From assembly GCA_963805625.1 (NCBI GenBank), contig CAWDVE010000024.1:32001-96000 (forward strand): a DNA stretch of 64,000 nucleotides, read 5' to 3'. Source of the DNA: an uncultured Candidatus Rokubacteria bacterium (GTDB lineage: Bacteria; Methylomirabilota; Methylomirabilia; Rokubacteriales; DASRDR01). A program made the translations under genes and the position numbers. Below are positions 59,311-64,000 of the stretch, piece by piece (the stretch's first letter is position 1; each line of letters opens with the position of its first letter). The notes under the pieces were generated by a model. The model worked only from the letters and a program-made list of their open reading frames with translations, made no database searches and was not told the DNA's origin.

Positions 59311-59887
59311 GGAGATTCTCCTTCCGCGTGGGGTAGGCGCCGGGCCGCTCTTTCCGTGCCTGGCTGATCATCCTACCCAACGTACGCCGGCCCGCAGCGA
59401 ATATCGCATCGAGCGCCGCGGTCGGTGTCCGAAGTGGAATGTACAGCACGATCGTCCTCGTGAAGCCGCTTCCCGCCACGACACACTGTCCGGTCCATTC
59501 CCCCTGCCCGTTCAACTCGGCTTCCGCTTGGGGCTGTGACTGCAGTAGGTTGCCTTGGCCATGACCTTAATCCCCGCCATCGGACAGTTATCCTTCTGGC
59601 CCACATCGCAAATGGCATGCCCTACGGGGGACGGGCACCTGCCCTGGAGGACGCTCGCGGGAAGCGCGCGATATTGGTGGCAGAGCGGATCCGTCTGAGG
59701 AAAACTCAGGAGTTGTGCCAGGAAGACTTTCCGCGGTCGGGAAATCTTCCACTGACCTTTCGACGATGGCCTCAATCGGCTCCGGCGCCGCACCGGGCAG
59801 CGCGAGCATCCACTCCAGGTTTGGCGTGGCCAGCGTCAGCGTGGGTCAGGCTGATGATACTGAAGCAGAAGCCCGGCCGAAGGACCG

Positions 59888-60526
59888 TCAGTGCGCGAGC
59901 ACGTCGCGGACCGCGGCGAGGAGATCGCTCATGCCGAACGGCTTGAGGAGCGTATGGTGGGCGCCGACGTGCTGCGCGGCCGTCAGGCGGTTGAAGCGGC
60001 CTCGGACAGCCGTGACGGCGATGACCTTGGCAGCCGGGTGCTGGCGTCGTAGGCCCCTGATAGTCTCGACGCCGTCCTTCCGAGGCATGAGGAGATCCGT
60101 GATGACCAGGTCGGCCGGGGCCGCCGCGTAGGCGGCGAGTGCCTCCTCGCCGTCGGCAGTCGCGACCACGTCGTACCCCGCCATGGTGAGTGACTGGTAC
60201 AGTACCTCGCGCACCCGCGGATCGTCCTCCACGAGGAGAATGCGCTCCCGCGGTGCCTGGCACGATTTCACCGTCTCCTCCGGAGTCTCGACGATGACAA
60301 GACCAGGCCATCCCCAGCTGGGCGGCGGGGAACCCCGCCGCTCCCGGATGCGACGGTCGCAAGCGGGGACTTCAACGCGGCGCCGGCGTTCGGCAAGCCG
60401 GCGGTCCCAAACCACCTGCATACACGGCTCGGCCCGACAGGTGTCGAGCGTGAGGAACAGCACACTCCGGCCGCGGCGGATGATCGCCAGGTATGGTGCT
60501 GAAGAGAACACGGGCGGGCCGGCCAT
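59888..60526 (-). CDS. response regulator receiver with N-terminal DRRxxERR-motif domain
   Basis: ILLVEDD, VITDLLMPRKDG and LLKPF; N-terminal WDRRLAERR...DRRIRERR. Start uncertain. Confidence 0.82.
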   Translation of the reverse strand: MAGPPVFSSAPYLAIIRRGRSVLFLTLDTCRAEPCMQVVWDRRLAERRRRVEVPACDRRIRERRGSPPPSWGWPGLVIVETPEETVKSCQAPRERILLVEDDPRVREVLYQSLTMAGYDVVATADGEEALAAYAAAPADLVITDLLMPRKDGVETIRGLRRQHPAAKVIAVTAVRGRFNRLTAAQHVGAHHTLLKPFGMSDLLAAVRDVLAH

Positions 60527-60926
60527 ACGAGTATCGTTTTGGCATGGGAAGCTGTCGGGGGCCAAGGGAATTGAGGTGGTGCCACGCGTCAGTGGCCGAC
60601 GGGGGCCCACGTGTTCGTTCTCAAGACGGCCCGGCCTGGGCCTCGGCCGCCGCCTCCAGCTCCTCCATCAGCACCGGCACGTCCTGCTCTAGTAGCGTTC
60701 GGATTCCTCCCGGGCCCCGGGCTGCGAGACTTCGCTTGCGTCATCGAGACGAAGGCGTTCACCGTCCAGGTCACCTGGAGGACTTCGACGCCTTTGTCCT
60801 TTCCGTTGCCGAGGTTGGGCGGGCCGGTTATCCTACCTCAGCCTGAGCGGAGGGAACGCGGTCATGCTTTCACTCCCTGCCTACAATGTACCGACGGCTG
60901 TCGGTTGGTCGAGCCGTTGACCCTGC

Positions 60927-61103
60927 GGGAGACCACCCCGGTCGCCGCGCCCAGGTTCCGTGTCCTCGACCGGGTTCGCCGAGCCTTGCAGGCTCGCCCA
61001 CTACAGTCCGCGCGCCGCTCCTGAACCCAACGCCAGCGGGATAGGCTTGCACGACTCCGCTGCCTATTCCGCCGGGGATGACTTTGGCCGTCGCAGGCAA
61101 GGG
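60927..61103 (-). ncRNA. putative structured non-coding element, copy 1 (long form)
   Basis: Near-identical to 62513-62650 plus a 37-nt insert containing hairpin CGAGCCT-GCA-AGGCTCG; several G-U-containing stems on the minus strand. Confidence 0.5.
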
Positions 61104-61219
61104 ATGTCTCTGTTGCTGCGAGCCGATCCGGTAGTCGAGTGAGCACTGATCGGCTTCGCCCATCGCGCCATCGTGCGAGACTTCGCTCAGACGTCCATCG
61201 CCGTAGAGGTTACTTTCCT

Positions 61220-61365
61220 CGGGGTCGAAGCGGCACACGGAGAAGTCCTGGCCCTCGCACCCCCGCTGGGAGTGCGCCGTCCGGTGCACGGTCGTGCCGA
61301 CCTCAAACGTGACCGACTGGAGCGCCCCAGATCACGCTGAGGGTGATGGGATCGATGTGATTCAT
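61220..61365 (-). pseudogene. hydantoinase B / oxoprolinase N-terminal remnant
   Basis: MNHIDPITLSVIWGA, frameshift, then QSVTFEVGTTVHRTAHS...EGQDFSVCRFDPE. Confidence 0.72.
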
Positions 61366-61379
61366 CGGCCCTTCTGTCC

Positions 61380-62123
61380 TCATTTGATCTCAAGCTCCAG
61401 GCGCTGGCTGTGTCGATCGATCGTCGCGCGGAAGTGTCCCAGGACCTCTCCACCCAGGATCCCGTCCACAGGCGCCACGCCAGAACTGAGGTCGTACACG
61501 CCGACGTCGAGGTCCTCAACGGCGAGGGTTCCCAGCCGGAGCGATCGGAGGCGCGCGTAGGGAACCACGATCACTCGCCCGTCGGCGACCTGGCTTGGCC
61601 AGCGTGGCGCGTCGGGCGGCGGATTGAGGCCCAGCCGGGTCGCGGCGGCGGAGCGGAGGATAGTCCTCGACGCCCCGGTGTCGAGGAGGAGCGTGAGAGG
61701 CTCGGTACCGTTGGCGACCACCTTCACCCGGATCAGGTTGCCCGTCACGACGATGGGGACCCAGGTCTGCCGAGACCCATCCGGTGCTGGCACCGGGTGC
61801 CCCGGCGCGAGGGCAGCCTTGGCCCGCTCGATACGCTCGCGGGCGCGCTCCTCAAGGCAGGTGGTAAACCTTCGCCGCTCGTCGGAAGTTCGGGACGAGA
61901 ATTCCACCTGCCCGCGCCGGTTGATCCCCCAGACGTGCACCCCTGAAGACTCGAGCTCGCACTCTCGGGCCGTCTGCAGGACGAGATCGTGGGGCGTGCT
62001 CTGGGGCAGAGGTGCGCTGGTGCAAGCCTCGAGAGCGAACGTGACCAGGAAAGGCCCGAGCACCGTGGAGCCACGCGATGCACTCGTCGTGAGACTGGCC
62101 ACCCAAGCGGACGGGCGGGGCAT
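61380..62123 (-). CDS. retropepsin-like (clan AA) aspartic protease, probably exported
   Basis: LLLDTGASRT and VDGILG motifs; lipobox-like ALEA-C. Start uncertain. Confidence 0.82.
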   Translation of the reverse strand: MPRPSAWVASLTTSASRGSTVLGPFLVTFALEACTSAPLPQSTPHDLVLQTARECELESSGVHVWGINRRGQVEFSSRTSDERRRFTTCLEERARERIERAKAALAPGHPVPAPDGSRQTWVPIVVTGNLIRVKVVANGTEPLTLLLDTGASRTILRSAAATRLGLNPPPDAPRWPSQVADGRVIVVPYARLRSLRLGTLAVEDLDVGVYDLSSGVAPVDGILGGEVLGHFRATIDRHSQRLELEIK

Positions 62124-62206
62124 CAGGCAAAGCTCACGAGGAGGTTCGCCCGCGGATCGACCTCGGCGGTCGCTCCCGGCGGGAGCATGGTCGTTGACTC
62201 CGCCTC

Positions 62207-62413
62207 TCTCGCTCAGCGGCGGTGAAGATGGTCGGCCACAAGACCCAGTCGATCTATTCCAGGTACGCGATTGCCGACGAATCGATGCTCCAGGACGGCG
62301 GACTGAAGCTATCGGCACTCCATGCCAAGGAGGCCGAGGCAGTGCGAGTCGCTGTGCCAATTATGGCAGCCCGATCGCGATCGGACAAGGTTGAGACAAA
62401 GTCGAGAGGGTGA
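62207..62413 (+). mobile_element. tyrosine recombinase/integrase C-terminal remnant
   Basis: SRSAAVKMVGHKTQSIYSRYAI matches box II GH...Y; remainder of the gene is missing. Confidence 0.8.
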
Positions 62414-62449
62414 CGGGCCGACAGGAGAGGCGTAACTACCGAAACGAAA

Positions 62450-62495
62450 TGGTGGACAGCGGGAGAATTGAACTCCCGACACGGGGATTTTCAGT
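62450..62495 (-). other. 3' half of tRNA-Phe(GAA), att-site fragment
   Basis: Minus strand aCTGAAAAtccccgtgtcgggagTTCAAttctcccgctgtccaCCA has anticodon loop, T-arm and CCA; the 5' half is replaced by unrelated sequence. Confidence 0.85.
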
Positions 62496-62512
62496 TCTTC
62501 GACCGGGCCTGT

Positions 62513-62650
62513 GGGAGACCACCCCGGTCGCCCCGCCCAGATCCCGTGTCCTCGACCGGCGCGCCGTCCCTGAACCCAACGCCAGCGGGATAGGCGCACG
62601 ACTCCGCTGCCTATTCCGCCGGGGATGGCCTTCGCCGTCGCAGGCAAGGG
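62513..62650 (-). ncRNA. putative structured non-coding element, copy 2 (short form)
   Basis: Direct repeat of 60927-61103; ends about 17 nt upstream of the tRNA-Phe fragment on the same strand. Confidence 0.5.
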
Positions 62651-62679
62651 GTCGCAGCGAAAGGGACCGAAGGCGGAGC

Positions 62680-63221
62680 GAGTGGTGAGCACGGCGCGCA
62701 GGTCGGAGGCCGAAGTCATCTGGCCGGTCGGCGAAAACCGGTGCATGGTACTGCTGGAGCTCGGTGACGGTGATGCGGCGGCGGGCGAGCACCACCTCCC
62801 CGAGGCCGGGGATGGTCAGGTCGCGCACCTCGGGCGCCCAGGTGGCGCAGCACCAAGATTGCCGCCTCTACCGTGGCCCGCACCTCGTTCTCTAGGCGGT
62901 CGAAGAACCAGTCGCACGGCAAGTCCACGCGCAGGCCATGGATGCTGGCTCGTAGGTTGGCCGTGTAGTCCTCCACGGGCATCCGCACGGTGCTGCAGTC
63001 GTCCGGGTCGTAGCCCGCCATCGCCCCGAGCATGAGTGCCGCGTCCTCGACCGTACGCGTGATCGGACCGGGGTGCTCGAAGATGAAGGATAGAGGGTAG
63101 GGTTCAGCCGGTCGATGTGGCGCAGGTACGCCTCGGTCAGCTCCAGCGGCGATAGCTCGTGGGCACGGATCAGCTCCGCGGCCCGCGCGATGGTGAGGCC
63201 GGTGACGTCGAGGGCTTGCAT
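62680..63221 (-). pseudogene. amidase (GatA-like signature family), internally deleted and frameshifted
   Basis: LSPLELTEAYLRHIDRLNPTL jumps straight to HPGPITRTVEDAALML...GYDPDD; catalytic K and GGSS region are absent; 3' truncated. Confidence 0.85.
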
Positions 63222-63290
63222 GGAGGCCTCCCGGTGTGAGGCTGGGCGATGGCTCAATCTGGCAGAGGCCACGCGCCGTAGGTGGTGCAC

Positions 63291-64000
63291 TCACGCTGTC
63301 AGCGGCATGATTCTGTCCGCGAAGTGCTGCATGCGCTCCAGGGTCCGCGCCTGCGTCTCGTCCTGCAGGTTCACCATCATGTGGCGGACGCCCAGTTCCT
63401 CATAGCACTTGATGTCATCCGCGATCTGTTGCGGCGTCCCAGTCAGGGGGCGGCGCCGGCCATTGGGTAGCGTCTGGGCCTGCTGGTCGTTCAACCAGTT
63501 GATGCTGTACGCGAAATCCAACACCGACGGGTCGCGTCCAGACTCCTGCGCGTGGCGCCTGACTCTGGCCGCGTAGTCAGCGAACTGCTCAGGCGTCCCC
63601 ACGGGGAAGCGCGGGTTGCTGCCAATGGGATACCAGGCGTTGGCGAGGCGTCCGGCACGTCGCACCGCCACCGGGCTCTCGCCGCCGATCCAGATGGGCG
63701 GGTGCGGTTTCTGGACCGGCTTCGGTGCAAAGGCGACATTGGCGAAACGACAGTACTTGCCCTCGAATGTCGGATTGTCACTCGTCCACAGTTCTTTGAA
63801 GGCGCGGATGTACTCGTCGCTGACGGTACCGCGCTCGTCGTATGGGGGCGCGCCAATCGCCTCGAACTCTTCGCGCATCCAGCCTACCCCGCAGCCGACG
63901 ATGAGGCGCCCATTGGAGAGCACATCGAGCGTCGCCAGCATCTTCGCCGTGAGCACCGGCGGCCGGTGCGGGAGCACCAGGACCGACGTCAGCAGCTTCG
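63291..64000 (-). CDS. LLM-class flavin/F420-dependent oxidoreductase (5' end outside the window)
   Basis: TSVLVLPHRPPVLTAKMLATLDVLSNGRL, GVGWMREEF and PKPVQKPHPPIWIGG. Confidence 0.93.
   Translation of the reverse strand, partial: KLLTSVLVLPHRPPVLTAKMLATLDVLSNGRLIVGCGVGWMREEFEAIGAPPYDERGTVSDEYIRAFKELWTSDNPTFEGKYCRFANVAFAPKPVQKPHPPIWIGGESPVAVRRAGRLANAWYPIGSNPRFPVGTPEQFADYAARVRRHAQESGRDPSVLDFAYSINWLNDQQAQTLPNGRRRPLTGTPQQIADDIKCYEELGVRHMMVNLQDETQARTLERMQHFADRIMPLTA

Noticed and set aside
58782-62495. Functional tRNA-Met and tRNA-Phe genes
   Set aside because: Neither forms a complete cloverleaf; both are fragments.

Overview
Very GC-rich bacterial DNA. Gene content resembles Candidatus Rokubacteria / Methylomirabilota, but that assignment is an unverified inference. 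1-29 kb is a mosaic of transport, catabolic and redox genes: mtgA, an orphan signal-peptide-bearing Hcp-like gene, an all-in-one PP2C/anti-sigma/STAS sensor, a flavin-dependent halogenase-like gene, a CVNH lectin lipoprotein and an octaheme cytochrome-TPR protein. 29-52 kb is a stress-related block: a YtrA-type GntR regulator, a ~2,900-aa cyclic beta-1,2-glucan synthase, groES-groEL without CIRCE, cpo, DedA-rhodanese, pirin and dps. 53-64 kb holds an AOR, an OmpA / ExeA-repeat-ankyrin pair and a decayed tRNA-targeted island. Strongest hidden signals: (1) a 24-bp palindrome A(C/G)TGTA-N12-TACAGT before the GntR gene, before groES and before a GntR relic, plus one degenerate copy, suggesting GntR control of a chaperonin operon; (2) an in-frame UGA followed by a SECIS-like hairpin, making the DedA-rhodanese a probable selenoprotein; (3) a duplicated, apparently structured non-coding element beside a tRNA-Phe att fragment and an integrase relic. 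About ten gene relics are interspersed. All family names come from motif recognition by eye; no database search was run.
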